Shown here: positions 24,091 to 36,580 of the stretch, one piece after another
Layout: each line of letters begins with the position of its first letter
Position numbering within the stretch: position 1 is the first letter of the stretch
Source of the DNA: Felis catus
Lineage: Eukaryota
Direction: 5' to 3'
Assembly: GCF_018350175.1 (NCBI RefSeq)
Contig: NC_058368.1
Coordinates: 75,704,001-75,768,000 of the forward strand
DNA length: 64,000 nt
Notes under the pieces: generated by a model
The model's database searches: none
What the model was told of the DNA's origin: nothing
Seen by the model: only the letters and a program-made list of their open reading frames with translations
Program-made: the position numbers and the translations under genes

Positions 24091-25241
24091 GAACCTTTTC
24101 TGACTGCTTCAATTTGAGAAAAGTAACTAAAAATCACACATATTTTGCACTGTTTGTTTTGTTGACTGGTATGAAAGCTTGGGCGTCACGAAATTCTAGA
24201 AAGATTCGAAGTATGAGCTCATCCGATCTCAATAATTCTGCCGTTTTAAGACTTTATGAGAGCAGTGAGCAGTTACAGAAGTATTTTTGCCATATTCAAA
24301 CATACAATTTGAAAAGATCACCAAGGTTGCTGGAAGAAAAAGAAATTGTAGTAGGGTGAGTCAGAGGGGAGACAAGACTCCATTTGAAGGCGATCTATTA
24401 AAAGATGGGTCATGTGACACTCTGGTGGTTTGTAGCATGACCATTTGAATGGGGATAGACAGAAGTGAGTGTATCTGGAACAATTTACTCAATTTAACAG
24501 CATACCCATTTTCCATATTGTAATATCTCTAAATCTGGGCTATAACTGATTGGCCTACCGATTCGGCCATGTTGTTTTTCTCAGTGTTCAACAACGTGTT
24601 GTAGAACATGGGCGTCTCAGAGGCAAAAATATACGATACTTGGGGTCGTACCAGGTACATGTAGTAGACAATAGACAATGGTTTTCGTCGAACTGAATGA
24701 CAGCTAAGTTTGATGAGTTTGTTTTCCCCAATTATAACTGCTTTTGAAATATTATACAGAGGCCACTCAAATGTGTCATGGGATTGATGTGCCTAACTTT
24801 TTAACTGAGCTTAAAAACCTATTTCTGGGACTTGACCGCAAATGACCAGGTATGGTCATGTCGAGTTGGCGTAATGCCTCCCTCGGCATTGACTCATCCA
24901 ATTTGACTCATTTAGCTCAAAAATTTGAAGAAATAACTTAAGTGTTCTCTGTAGCAAATGCTTTGTCCAACACGGGGTGGACAATTTTCCCTGTGTTTGG
25001 GCGTTCTTCTCCAATACACTGTGAGTAGCAGCTGCAATCACGAGCAAGCTGTAGAAGGTGAAAATGACGTAAGGAAGCATCACCATCACACCATTGGGAC
25101 CTTGCCTGCTTTCATTCCAGTCCTTGCTAATCAGTTACTCTTCACATGTCATTAACTTCACAGGGATCAAGACTCCCTTCCAAAAATAAGTAGTCTTTTT
25201 GAAAAAGACTTAAACTAAAAGACCTAAAAGGCCAAATACCT

Positions 25242-25455
25242 GGGGTGCCTGGGCGGTTGAGCCTCCGACTCTTGATCTCTGCTCAGGTCATGAGCTCATG
25301 GTTTGTGGGTTTGAGCCCCGTGTCAGGCTTTGCGCTGACAGTGTTGAGCCTGCTTTGAATTCTCTGTCTCCCTCTCTCTCTGCCCCTCCCCACTTGGGTG
25401 CACACTCGTTCTCTCTCCCTCTCAAAAATAAATAAACATTAAACATTTTTTAAAA
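25242..25455 (+). mobile_element. Can-SINE
   Basis: Head with a small deletion, CT tract, AAAAATAAATAAAC tail. Confidence 0.93.
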
Positions 25456-26986
25456 AGGCAAAATTACCCTAATAGAAGATAAGAAAGCCTCTCTTTCTCC
25501 AATATACAATCCAATTACAGATTGAGAAATGGAGATAAACACATCTGTTCTATAGGATGCCGATGAATTCCAATTAATTCACAGCGAGTTAAGAAAATGT
25601 CTTCGCTGAAGAGAACCTCAGACGCTGTATATCATACCTGAATTCTCATCATATTTCTTTTCATGCGAGATAATTTAATGCTATTAAAATTATGATCAAA
25701 ACAGCAGAAGATGTAGTCCTGTATTTCTTTAAAACTTACACTTTATTTTCAGAAGCTCCTAGATGGGAGGACACAATATACTGTCAGAGTACTTCAGTCA
25801 CTGACAGTGAGTCGCAAAATTTGTGTTCTTAGAGTTCAAGCTTTCGAAAGAGTTACTTCTGGAAGTCAGCTCAACCAGCTGGTGTTTGTGGCTTTGTGCG
25901 GTTAATTAAATGCTCTTTTGTTACATTGCCTGGAGAGGGCTGTGTGCTAGAGTAGTTACGACTGATTTAACCAACGACTGTTCTCTCTGCTAACAAAACA
26001 GATCATATTGGGTTTGATTCCAATGTAACGATGTTCTCCATGTACGGCTAAAATTACTGAGCCTGTGTCACATAGCTACATCTTACTTTTTTTCCTGCGA
26101 AATGAGATGCATTTCCTTTCATCAGACCATATCTTCTCGCTCTGCCATTCTGATGACCAGTGGTGTTCAGCCTGTAGCTTGTGGGGATTAGGGAACCATC
26201 TGAATCCATGAATCAACCTGAAGCTTATCAGCCCATGCCAGAGGGAAACCCGTGATCATGGCCTCGGTACCCAGCAATCAGAGGGCCCTGTGAAGTAACC
26301 ACTGCCATGTGCTCACCCAGCCGCAAGAATACTGGTACGCGCAGGGCAAAGGCGTTGGAGGCTGGAATATGATGTTCTGTTTGTGAAGTGTTTCCACCTC
26401 AAATTACAGGACAGCACTGACGGGTTGTTAGACCTATTAGGCTAAACCACCAGGATAATGATAAGTCCAGTCCAAGCCCTGTGGATTTACTCATAAGTGG
26501 GTTGGGTCTTCCCCTGCACAGAAAGCCTTGCAGAATCTCATACTGTGACAGTTTGGATAGTCTGGCGTTTCTAGTGCCTTTTTGCTCACTGTAAGTACAA
26601 AACAAAACAAAACAAAATATAGAATTTTATCATCAGCTACAATGGAATCCCTTGCTTATCATAAGCCTTTGAGTGCAATAGTGTTTGTACTAGAAAATTA
26701 TTTTGATCTAGAAAATTGGATAAAAAGAAATTCCAAAGACAGTTCTTCACACAGTCAAATATATTCTGTAAGCGTGGTGTCATCATACTGAATGCTAGAT
26801 ATCATTAGCATAGAGAAGAGATATCTGATTTAATGTGACAGTACTCGATTTGAGGACAAAAGAAACCCTCCTCGCTTTATGTTAATTTCAGAAATACAGA
26901 TAAATTGAACCCAATGTTTTACCCCTGATTTCCTAATGTAAGATAGAATGATGCAGAAGTAATTTATTTGGATTCTCTAAAATATG

Positions 26987-27197
26987 TTTTTTAAGTTTTA
27001 TTTATTTATTTTGAGAGACACAGAGACAGTGTGAGCGGGGGAGGGGCAGAGAGAGAGGGAGAGAGAGAATCTCAAGCAGGCTCCGCACTGTCAGCGCAGA
27101 GCCCGATGCGGGGCCCGAACGCATGAAACCGTGAGACCTTGACTGGAGCTGAAACTGAGAGTCGGACGCTTAACCGACCGAGCCACCCAGGCACCCC
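26987..27197 (-). mobile_element. Can-SINE
   Basis: Full-length antisense; TSD TTATTT(G/A)GATTCT. Confidence 0.95.
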
Positions 27198-27944
27198 TTA
27201 TTTAGATTCTTAAAGGCATCCTCCAGAATACAATCTGATGAAAAAAAATTAAAAAAAAAAACACTAGAAGGTTATTCCTCAGTGTATTTTATTTGCTTCA
27301 TATTTAATAGGCATCAAATATTATTTTCTCATGAACCAAGTCAGATTTACAACTGAAGTTTCGAGATTTGAAAATAGGGCCCTCTACGTTCATTATTATT
27401 TATCATGCATGAACAGCAGGTGTACTAGCAATTTTCAAAATAGTCTCCGTTACCAATGAAGGGCAGCTCATACGGAAGTGGACAGAAAATAGGTAAATTA
27501 CAAAGCAAATATTCACTGCTTCCACGGGGAAAACGTGAAGGTGCAACAAAGAAATGAAATAAATGATGGTTGTCTACAGAGCGGCAGACAGCTGTCGAGG
27601 TAGCATTTAGCAGGAAATTATACGAGAGTCAAAATTCCACAGCAGTCAAGAGAGCAAACCCACAGCCAGGTATTCACAAGAAACTGCGGGAGAGATTTCC
27701 ACAATGGCACTCAAGTTGCTGATCTGTGTGGTGGAAACGAGTGAGAATAAAAATAACCAGTTAATGAAGATTTGGCGCTGGGAATTATAAGATACCGGAT
27801 CTGCAGATACTCAGCAATTTCTTCAAATCTGCAATTAGCGTGTCAACTCGGATACATGTCAGGGTGAGATGTTGACCAGCCCAGAAAGTTTTTGGCAAAA
27901 TGCTGTGAGCGTCAATGGACTGAAACGTAATGGAGGGACATTTT

Positions 27945-28159
27945 TTTTTTAATTTTTTTTTCAACGTTTATTTTTGGGACAGAGAGAGACAGAGCATGAA
28001 CGGGGGAGGGGCAGAGAGAGAGGGAGACACAGAATCGGAAGCAGGCTCCAGGCTCTGAGCCATCAGCCCAGAGCCTGACGCGGGGCTCGAACTCACGGAC
28101 CGCGAGATCGTGACCTGGCTGAAGTCGGACGCTTAACCAACTGCGCCACCCAGGCGCCC
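27945..28159 (-). mobile_element. Young felid Can-SINE (SINEC_Fc)
   Basis: Perfect TSD TGGAGGGACATTTT at 27931 and 28160. Confidence 0.98.
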
Positions 28160-28740
28160 TGGAGGGACATTTTAAACACACGCCTTGAGGGTCACGAATA
28201 ATACTTCACTGCCGGTGGGCCTACCGCTGAAAACCTGGATCCTCCAGGATCCAGAAAACAACAATTACAAACATAGAAAATAGAGCAGCTACGTGCTAAT
28301 GTCTTCCCAACACGCACCCCACCAGTGGCCAATCCACGAATAAACTATAATTCCGTGACCAATGAATATGGATAAAAACTGTATTATATTTTCCCAAGAG
28401 GGAAAATTACTGCCAGTAAATCTATAAACAAATGTAGAGAGAGGAAAGCCTTGGAAGTAGTAGGCATTAGGACTTTGACTTTGTTTCCAATGCCAGATAG
28501 CTCAGCCACCCCCAACTCATGTGCCTCTTTAGAGATGCCAGGAGACACTGGTAATTGACTGAGAAGCTATGGATCCTGAAATGCGGTCTAGTGAGAAAGC
28601 CTAAAAGAAATCAGATCATTAGGATTGTCCCAGGAAATAAGCATACTGCAGGTTGGTAGACAAAGGATCTGAACAGACACATATTTTTCCCCAAAAATAG
28701 CAATAATAAAAGCATAGAGCCTATAACAAAAAGCTTTTTA

Positions 28741-28966
28741 TTTTTATTTTTTTAATTTTTTTTCAACGTTTATTTATTTTTGGGACAGAGGGAGACAGAG
28801 CATGAACGGGGGAGGGGCAGAGAGAGAGGGAGACATAGAATCGGAAACAGGCTCCCTGCTCTGAGCCATCAGCCCAGAGCCTGACGCGGGGCTCGAACTC
28901 ACGGACCGCGAGATCGTGACCTGACTGAAGTCGGCCGCTTAACCGACTGCGCCACCCAGGCGCCCC
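28741..28966 (-). mobile_element. Young felid Can-SINE (SINEC_Fc)
   Basis: Perfect 15-bp TSD ACAAAAAGCTTTTTA at 28726 and 28967. Confidence 0.98.
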
Positions 28967-29644
28967 ACAAAAAGCTTTTTAAAAAAGAGGGGAAGAGAAA
29001 ACCATGCCAAAATTTCAAGAAAGATGTCTAGGAAAAGGGTGTGCATTGCAGAATCTGGAGGAAAGTCTTAGAAGTAGGCATGGCTTATGAGTTATTGAAA
29101 TGGTCTAAAAAGAACACACACGCAAAAAGCCAAATGGAAAAACAAAGGCCCGGCAATGAATACTTAGCCATTCAGTGTTGACATTTCAATCATAGATTTA
29201 TGAAAGGAATATCTTTCCTCCTCTAAAACACTTACTTTTTCTGATTTTTATTTTTCTTGACATATGTCACTGATAGGGTAACATGGATAAGTTTTAAATC
29301 TTTCTTAAAATTAATACTGAGTTACAATATTATAGGAAGCTGATAGATACAGAAATATTATAAGATTCAGAATAGGGGTGTATGAAACATTGAGGGGTCA
29401 ATACTAAGTCTTGTATACAGTAAAACATTGCTCAACGTTTTCAGAACACACATCAAAAATGGAAATGTAACCAACCTAATAATGCTGAGACCCAAATGGG
29501 TTTAGAAACATGTCCAACACTACACAGCAAAGAGGCGTCAGAACCGGGGTTAGAATCCATCAGAGTCACCCATTGGGTCTACCTAGGTCTCAAGGCAAAC
29601 AGTGCTCTTTGGAGTCCCTCCCTAATACACATGATTTTTTTAAA

Positions 29645-30395
29645 TGTTACAAAAAGATATTGAACATCGCTAATTATCAGGGAAATACAAATTAAAACCA
29701 CAATGAGATATCATTCACACCCACTAAAATGGCTACTACTAGGGAAAAAACAAACAAACAGAAAATAACAAGTGTTGGGGGAGCATATGAAGAATTTGGA
29801 AATCTTGTGCATGGCTACCGGAAATGTCAAATCATGCAGCCAGTATAGAAAACAGTGCGGTGGTTCCTCCAAGGAGAATTTACTGAATGATCCACTTCTG
29901 GGTCAAGTGCCCACAAGAAGAGAAAGCAGAGACTTGAATGGATATTGTATGCCCCCGTTCATCGCAACATTATTCACAATAGCCAAAAGGTGAAAGCAAC
30001 CCACATGTCCATTGACAGACGAATGGATGAGAGAAATGTGATATATCCACACAACTGAATGTTGTTCAGCCTTGAATAGGAAGGAAATTCTGAAACATGC
30101 CTCGACATGAACAAAACTTGAAGACATTCCGCTAAGTGAAACACACCCGTCACAAAAGGACAAATATTGTATGATTCCACGTACGTGAGATACTTCAAAT
30201 CGTCAAGTTCACAGAGGCAGAAAGTAGACAGGTGGCTGCCAGAGTCTGGAGGGAGAGGAAACCCACGAGTATGTAGCGGGCACAGAGTTTTGGTTTGAAG
30301 ACAAACATTTCTGGAGATGGCTGGTGGGGATGGCTGTGCCACAGTGTGAATGTACCTAATGACACAGTAACTGAAAATGGTAAATTTTATGCTTT
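29645..30395 (+). mobile_element. L1 3' fragment (L1MB-like): ORF2 C-terminus and 3'UTR
   Basis: Reads TSLIIREIQIKTTMRYH (L1 ORF2 C-terminal motif); TTATTCACAATAGCCAAAAGGTG...CAAAAGGACAAATATTGTATGATTCCAC. Confidence 0.9.
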
Positions 30396-30661
30396 TTGTG
30401 TTTTTGTGTGTTTTCTCTGTGTGTGTTCTGTTCACCTGTTTGTTTGCTTTTGCTATACTAATAGACCTTAATGTAACGAAGAGGAACATCGTATAATCGT
30501 TGCAATTTTTTTTTTAAAACAGGGGGTTTTAACAACTGTAACAAGTACCTAACAACTACAAAATAGTAAAATAGGAATCAACAGAAGCACTAGGAAATAT
30601 TGATAAATCAACAATAAGAGTAGAAGATTTTCACAAGCCTCTCTCAAAAATTTAGAGTGCC

Positions 30662-30862
30662 GGGGCGCCTGGGTGGCTCAGTCGGTTAAGCGGCCGACTT
30701 CGGCTCAGGTCATGATCTCACGGTCCGTGAGTTTGAGCCCCGCGTCGGGCTCTGTGCTGACAGCTCAGAGCCTGGAGCCTGTTTCAGATTGTGTCTCCCT
30801 CTCTCTGACCCTCCCCCGTTCATGCTCTGTCTCTCTCTGTCTCAAAAATAAATAAACATTAG
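30662..30862 (+). mobile_element. Can-SINE
   Basis: Full length; TSD AAAAATT(T/A)AGAGTGCC. Confidence 0.97.
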
Positions 30863-31468
30863 AAAAAATTAAGAGTGCCAAATGGAGCTTTTTATAAAAA
30901 AAATTTACATATGAACATGAAATTCCAAATATAACCGGTATACTTCCACACGTCCGAGGGAAAAATGGATGAATTCCTTATACAAAAGCTGAGTCAGGAG
31001 AGCTTCCTGGACTGTATAACTCAAAATCCATTTTTTTTCGCTATGACTCAAAATTAAAAATTGGGTTACATGAAGACTATAAATTAAAACTTTGCATGGC
31101 CACAAAGAAATCAACACACACAAGCTACAATGAAATAGTGACAAAAATGTTTTGCAACTTCTCCAAAAAGAGCTTCTAAACATTGAGGAAAAGAAAAAAA
31201 CACTGGCAGGTCAATAGAAAAAACGGGCATAGGTTCTAAATAAGATGGGAATGAGCTTTAGTCACAGGAAAATCAAATTACACTCATGTATAGACAATTA
31301 CGATTTCAAATCAGACCGAGGTACCAACCGTCACAAATACTGTCAGATATTCTAAAGTACAATAACTGATTCTCTGTTGCCAACATGTCATGAAACAGGT
31401 ACTTTCCTACCTTCCTAATGGGAATTCGACAGGGCACAATTCTTAGACATGTTTGGTAATATTGCACT

Positions 31469-31471
<3 letters not shown>

Positions 31472-31505
<34 letters not shown>
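31472..31505. repeat. (CA)n microsatellite
   Basis: ~17 CA units. Confidence 0.97.
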
Positions 31506-31507
<2 letters not shown>

Positions 31508-31934
31508 CTCTGATCCAGCAGTCACTTCCGCTTTTAGGATGCCATCCCAAAGATGCACCGACACAAAGAAGAAGTAGTATTGGAGGAAAGTTAGCAGCTG
31601 TGCAAAGTTTTAGAACAGCAGAAGGCCAAACACAACCCGATGTCCAGCACTGAAGAACTGGTTGAATAAACCAGGGTTCATCCATACCATAGAGTATGTA
31701 TATCTATAAGGGGAATGAAGAAAATCTGAAATACGGAGATGAAATTTTGTAAGAGAAAATTTCAAGTATGTAACACTGATTGAAACAACTTTTCTGAAAA
31801 GTGGAAACATATAAATATACCAATATGCTCATTTTCCCAAAAAGAAATAGTGGAAAGAGAAATCAAAATCCAATAAAAATACTCACCCAGGCAAATGGAG
31901 AGAAGATTGAAAGGAGAATTAGAAATCAGAATCA

Positions 31935-32175
31935 GGGGCGCCTGGGTGGCGCAGTCGGTTGAGCATCCGACTTCAGCCAGGTCACGATCTCGCGGTCCGT
32001 GAGTTCGAGCCCCGTGTCAGGCTCTGGGCTGATGGCTCGGAGCCTGGAGCCTGTTTCTGATTCTGTGTCTCCCTCTCTCTCTGCCCCTCCCCCGTTCATG
32101 CTCTGTCTCTCTCTGTCCCAAAAATAAATAAATGTTGAAAAAAAAGTAAAAAAAAATTAAAAAATAAAAAAAAAA
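31935..32175 (+). mobile_element. Young felid Can-SINE (SINEC_Fc) with long A tail
   Basis: TSD AGAAAT(C/G)AGAATCA at 31921 and 32176. Confidence 0.98.
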
Positions 32176-32196
32176 AGAAATGAGAATCAGTTCTAA

Positions 32197-32280
32197 GTTT
32201 TTTTTTTTAATTTTAATTCCAGTTAGTTAATATATAGCGCTATATTAGTTTCAGATGTACAACATGGTGACTCAGAGACT
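32197..32280 (-). mobile_element. Carnivore L1 3' tail fragment
   Basis: Poly(T) then TTTAATTCCAGTTAGTTAA...TATATTAGTTTCAGATGTACAACAT. Confidence 0.7.
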
Positions 32281-32504
32281 CAGTCATCTTCGATGATGAC
32301 TGCAATCGAAGTCCCAACCCAGAGTACATAGCAAATGTGATCTTGTTCATGGCAATGTGATTCTTGTTCTGGTAATATTCCATTAAGGCGTTAAAATTTC
32401 AAATTCTATAGCAGAAACATAGGACAGCAACTTTTCCAACCATGACTCTCTGGAGATCCTTGGACCGTAACAACTATATTCCTAGATCGTGGTCTCTTTC
32501 AATA

Positions 32505-32714
32505 TTTTTTCGAGTTTACTTATTTATTTGAGATGGAGAGGGAGAGACAGAGACAGAGACAGAGGGAGAATGAGCAGGTGAGGGGCAGAGAGAGAGAGAG
32601 GGAGAGAGAGAATCCCAAGCAGGCTCTACACTGTCAGTGCAGAGGCTGATGCAGGGCTCTATCTCACCACCTGGACCACATGACCTGAGCAGAAACTAAG
32701 GCCACCAGGTGCCC
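32505..32714 (-). mobile_element. Can-SINE (older, head partly deleted)
   Basis: TSD CTCTTTCAAT on both sides. Confidence 0.9.
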
Positions 32715-32724
32715 TCTTTCAATG

Positions 32725-32852
32725 TTTTTTTTTTTTTAACTTTTTAAGATTACAGTTAATGCACAATGTCACGTTAGTTTCAGATGCACAACATAGTGAT
32801 TGGACAGGTCTACAAGCCACACCATGCTCACCACGAGCATAGCTGCCATCTG
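32725..32852 (-). mobile_element. Carnivore L1 3' tail fragment
   Basis: Poly(T) then CACAATGTCACGTTAGTTTCAGATGCACAACATAGTGATT...CTCACCACGAGCATAGCTGCCATCTG. Confidence 0.75.
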
Positions 32853-33660
32853 ACGCCTCTTTCGATGCCCCTCGCACCTCTGGCTGCCACATGTCACCAC
32901 AGCAGGAAGGAGGAGGGAGAAGCTTGTAGGGGGCACGAATGAGAACGGAGAACGGTCACAGTCATGCAGAAAATGATCCTCTTCCATCAGGCCTGGCGTC
33001 GGACCATCCCAGTGAACATGGCGTCACCCCAACGACTGAAGTCAGAGGAGACTTTTGGGAGGTCCCAATGGTACCGCAGACAATGATCACAAACGCCCCT
33101 TAGAGGAGATGCGTACCGTTATCTGGGTTTGCCTGACCTGTGGGGTTGAGCCAGCGCAGAGCGGGGGTGACCCCGTGGGGACAGCAGAGTAAAAGGCCAC
33201 TGACGCCCTCACTGGCCTTGAGTGCGGTCGACCAGAGATGGTTCCGTGGCTGGCACCCAGCGGCGAGAACCCGCACACTCAGCCAGGACGCAGGGTCACG
33301 GTGGATTGCTGCCAGCCCGATGCTCTGAACTGGCCTGTGTCGACACGTGAAACGGTCACTCCAAATCGGCAGTTGGGCACTGGTGCTGTGAGCTGACCCT
33401 GGGAAAGGAACACCGTGGCTGCCAGTAGGATAGCTTGGAAGCACGTGGGCGGTGGGGCTGAGCGGACCCCCAGGAGCCGGGCCCAGGGTTCCTCGGGGCA
33501 TCTGGTGGAACCTGCCCACCAGGTGAGTATGGTCTGAGGGGAGAGCCAGGTACCGGGGCCCACGTGGGTTCCATCCAGGTGGAGGCTGCCCTCCTGCTGG
33601 GCCTGTCCACCACGCACCGCACGGCGCTCAGAAGGTTCTAGTCTGGCTGCCTCATTCTGT
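32853..33660. promoter_or_regulatory. GC/CpG-rich patch (borderline CpG island)
   Basis: ~40 CpGs in ~800 bp by hand count, three CACGTG E-boxes, CAG|GTGAGT donor at 33523. Confidence 0.35.
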
Positions 33661-33689
33661 GTCAAAGCAGTTTAAGAATGCATTGGTTT

Positions 33690-33862
33690 GGGGGCGCCCT
33701 GGTGGCTCAGTCAGTGGAGCGTCTGACTTGGGCTCGGGTCGTGATTCATAGCACATGAGTTCGAGCCCCGCCCCGGGCTCTGTGCGGACAGTGTGGAGCG
33801 TGCTTGGGACCCTCTCTTTCTCTGCCTCTCTCTCTCTCTCTCTCTCTCAAATAAAAATTTAA
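33690..33862 (+). mobile_element. Can-SINE (short older type)
   Basis: GGGGCGCCCTGGTGGCTCAGTCAGTGGAGCG head, CT tract, AAATAAAAA tail. Confidence 0.92.
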
Positions 33863-35634
33863 AGAAGTGCCCTGGTTTTGCCTTCTTTGCTTCCCTCATG
33901 TAGCTGTGGGCAACATGAGACAACGTCTCAGTTATTTACAAACCAAGTAGAGAGCACAACATACTATGCGTCTGTGACCAGACACATTCAGAGAAAAATA
34001 AACTCTGCTCTTTCAATGATCTGCAGCGTAACGCATATTGGTATCTTTATTTTGTAACTGTCATTCAACATACACGTGACTTCTTTCCACAAACAGATGC
34101 ACTTCCAATGAAGCTTTTGATTTTTATGTTTGCACTTTGGAAGAGACTTTTAAAACAAGGAGGGAAGACCACGTTTGTGTTTATCGCAAAACTTTCCATT
34201 TTAGCGATATTCTTCCCACTCTTAGATCCCATTTCAGGCAGGGTTTGCCATCTTACTGATTTAAATCCATTTATTTGATGGTAACATCGATTCTTTTTAG
34301 GAGGGAGATACCTTGATCAAATAATGGGTAAAATGTTGCCTTCTCCCTAGTCGTTAAAGATGTTTGCATACAATGCTAAAAAAAAAATGCTGGCCACCTG
34401 CAGGTATAAAAGAAACTCTCTGTATAACATGCTCTGTTTGCAATACACCCCCACCCCTCCACTCTCATTATTTTGTCATGAACTCTGCCTTGAACCACTC
34501 AGCCCAGTCAAGGCCAGAGCCCCTCCTGAGGTTTGGAGGGAGTCCACTTTTGGCGTAAGCTGAAGAGCTCTCCTAATACACACTGTCTTTGTTTGGGTCT
34601 AAAAGGGTTGAGCTCCAGTACAGAAAGCACATTACATCCACTCTAAGCAAGTGGCCTTGTTCTAAGATTCCCAGGCCGGGTGATCATGCCTGTGAACATG
34701 TCTACATCTGAGTCCTCGGTAAGCCTGTTTTCCCCAAGGGATGCCATTTGGTATGGATTAAAATTCTGTCCTCTTGGACATTATTGACATTCGGTCATAA
34801 CGATTTCAGCAGGAGTGATACATGCCATGTTCTCAAATTGTAAATTCCAAAGATCCCAGTGATACTAAGATTCAGACATCTCCGTGGATTCTTAAGCTGG
34901 GTTTTCAGATAGTGGGCACGGAAAAGTCAGTTAAACTCAGCAGTGATGGCTAAAATCACAAAAATATGATTCTGATTGACGAGATAGATAATAAACACCT
35001 AATAACCACCTGTTTATTGAACAACGGGGGGCACTATTCTCAATATTATAAGTATGCGCATACACATGTACACGTGTATCTGTTGCATGCTTATGAATAT
35101 ATCTAAAAATCATATAATAGTTCTATCAATAGAATGTCAAAATATGAATTTCATTTTCATGTTACCTTCATCGATTTAGCTTTTGGAAACAAATAATAGA
35201 GTCATCCACACACGCGAGAAATGTGGAGAAAAGATTTCAGCACAGCAGACATGACTTCAGGAAGAAAACATTATTGGGTTGTAAGTGATTGGCAGCATGG
35301 AGTCTATTGAAGTTTTGGAGAGCAAATGTTCTAGCAATGATAAATGCTTCCGGGCAGGTCATCCCCGTCTTTGTTCCAAAGTCACAGACACACGTCTCTG
35401 GGTCAGAAGCTACAGAGAGGTTCTCTTGTCTTACCTAATTCTGCCTATATTGTTGTGCTGAGCCAGGTATTTGCTGCCGTTAATGCATTAGCATATGTCA
35501 CACTGAAATAGATACTGAATTCTTTTTATAAAATGGCAGTGCATTTTCTTGTCATGAATAATGATATTGGTGGTCCTTGTCCCCGTCTATTCAAAAAGTG
35601 TCCAGACCTCAAATATCATACCTGTCCAAATATC

Positions 35635-35857
35635 TTTTTTTTTTTTTTTAGTTTTTTAATGTCTACTTATTTTTGAGAGACAGAGAGAGACAGAGCATGA
35701 AGGGCAGAGAGAGAAGAAGACACAGGATCTGAAGCAGGCTCCAGGCTCTGAGAGCTATCAGCACACAGCCCCACATGGGACTTGATCCCATGAACTGCGG
35801 GATCGCTACCTGAGCCAAAGTAGGATACGCAACTGACTGAGCCACCCAAGCGCCCCC
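35635..35857 (-). mobile_element. Can-SINE
   Basis: Antisense full length; TSD CAAAT(A/T)TCT. Confidence 0.93.
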
Positions 35858-36103
35858 AAATTTCTTATTTCTCACTTGCTTGCAAATCAAGTGGAGCACA
35901 GAGTGTTACAGAAGTACATGAACTTGACTATGTTGGAATCTGTAACTTTACAATTGATCATGAGAGGATGTAGTTTGGTGAACTGAATATTTGGAACAAA
36001 ACAAAGTTATGATAATTATTAATAGTCTATATTTACTTGTACTCTGGTTCATAATTTTTTGTCAGAGTAATAGTTAATTAACCTTTTTAAAGTATCTAAT
36101 CCC

Positions 36104-36352
36104 TGGGCGACTGGGTGGCTTAGTGGGTTGAGCGTCCGGCTTTGACTTGTGTTAGGATCGCACGGTTTGTGAGTTCAAGCCCAGAGTCGGGCTCTGTGCT
36201 GACAGCTCAGAGCCTGGAGCCTGTTTTGGATTCTGTGTCTCCCTCTCTCTCTGCTCCTCCCATGCTCATGCTCATGCTCATGCTCTGTCTCTCTCTCTCT
36301 CTCTCTCTCTCTGTCAAAAATAAATAAACATTTAAAAAATTAAAAAAAAAAA
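36104..36352 (+). mobile_element. Can-SINE, first of a tandem pair; internal (CTCATG)n expansion
   Basis: Flanked by ATCTAATCCC on both sides. Confidence 0.93.
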
Positions 36353-36365
36353 ATCTAATCCCATC

Positions 36366-36580
36366 GAGGTGCCTGGGTGGCTCAGGTCATTGAGCGTTCA
36401 ACTCTTGATTTTGGCTCAGGTCATGATCTCACAGTTCGTGAGACTGAGCCCCGCATGGGCTCGTGCAGAGCCTGCTTGGGACTTTCTCTCTCTCCCTCTC
36501 TCTCTCTGCCCCTCCCCATCTTACACACACACTCTCTCTCTCTCGCTCTCAAAAGAAACAAACATTTAAATAAACTAAAA
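36366..36580 (+). mobile_element. Can-SINE, second of the tandem pair
   Basis: GGTGCCTGGGTGGCTCAG head; followed by TCTAATCC. Confidence 0.92.

Larger units (their letters stand above)
30530..31900 (+). mobile_element. Very old L1 (L1ME-like) fragments: endonuclease piece and 3' region
   Basis: 30581-30650 reads TEALGNIDKSTIRVEDFHKPLS (cf. L1 EN GEIDKSTIIVGDFNTPLS); 3'-type sequence at 31000-31900. Confidence 0.7.

Noticed and set aside
24045..24359. 104-aa ORF ending near a GG|GTGAGT donor
   Set aside because: Begins inside an MLT1 LTR, no clear acceptor, no recognisable domain
29974..30489. 171-aa minus-strand ORF
   Set aside because: Antisense reading of an L1 3' fragment
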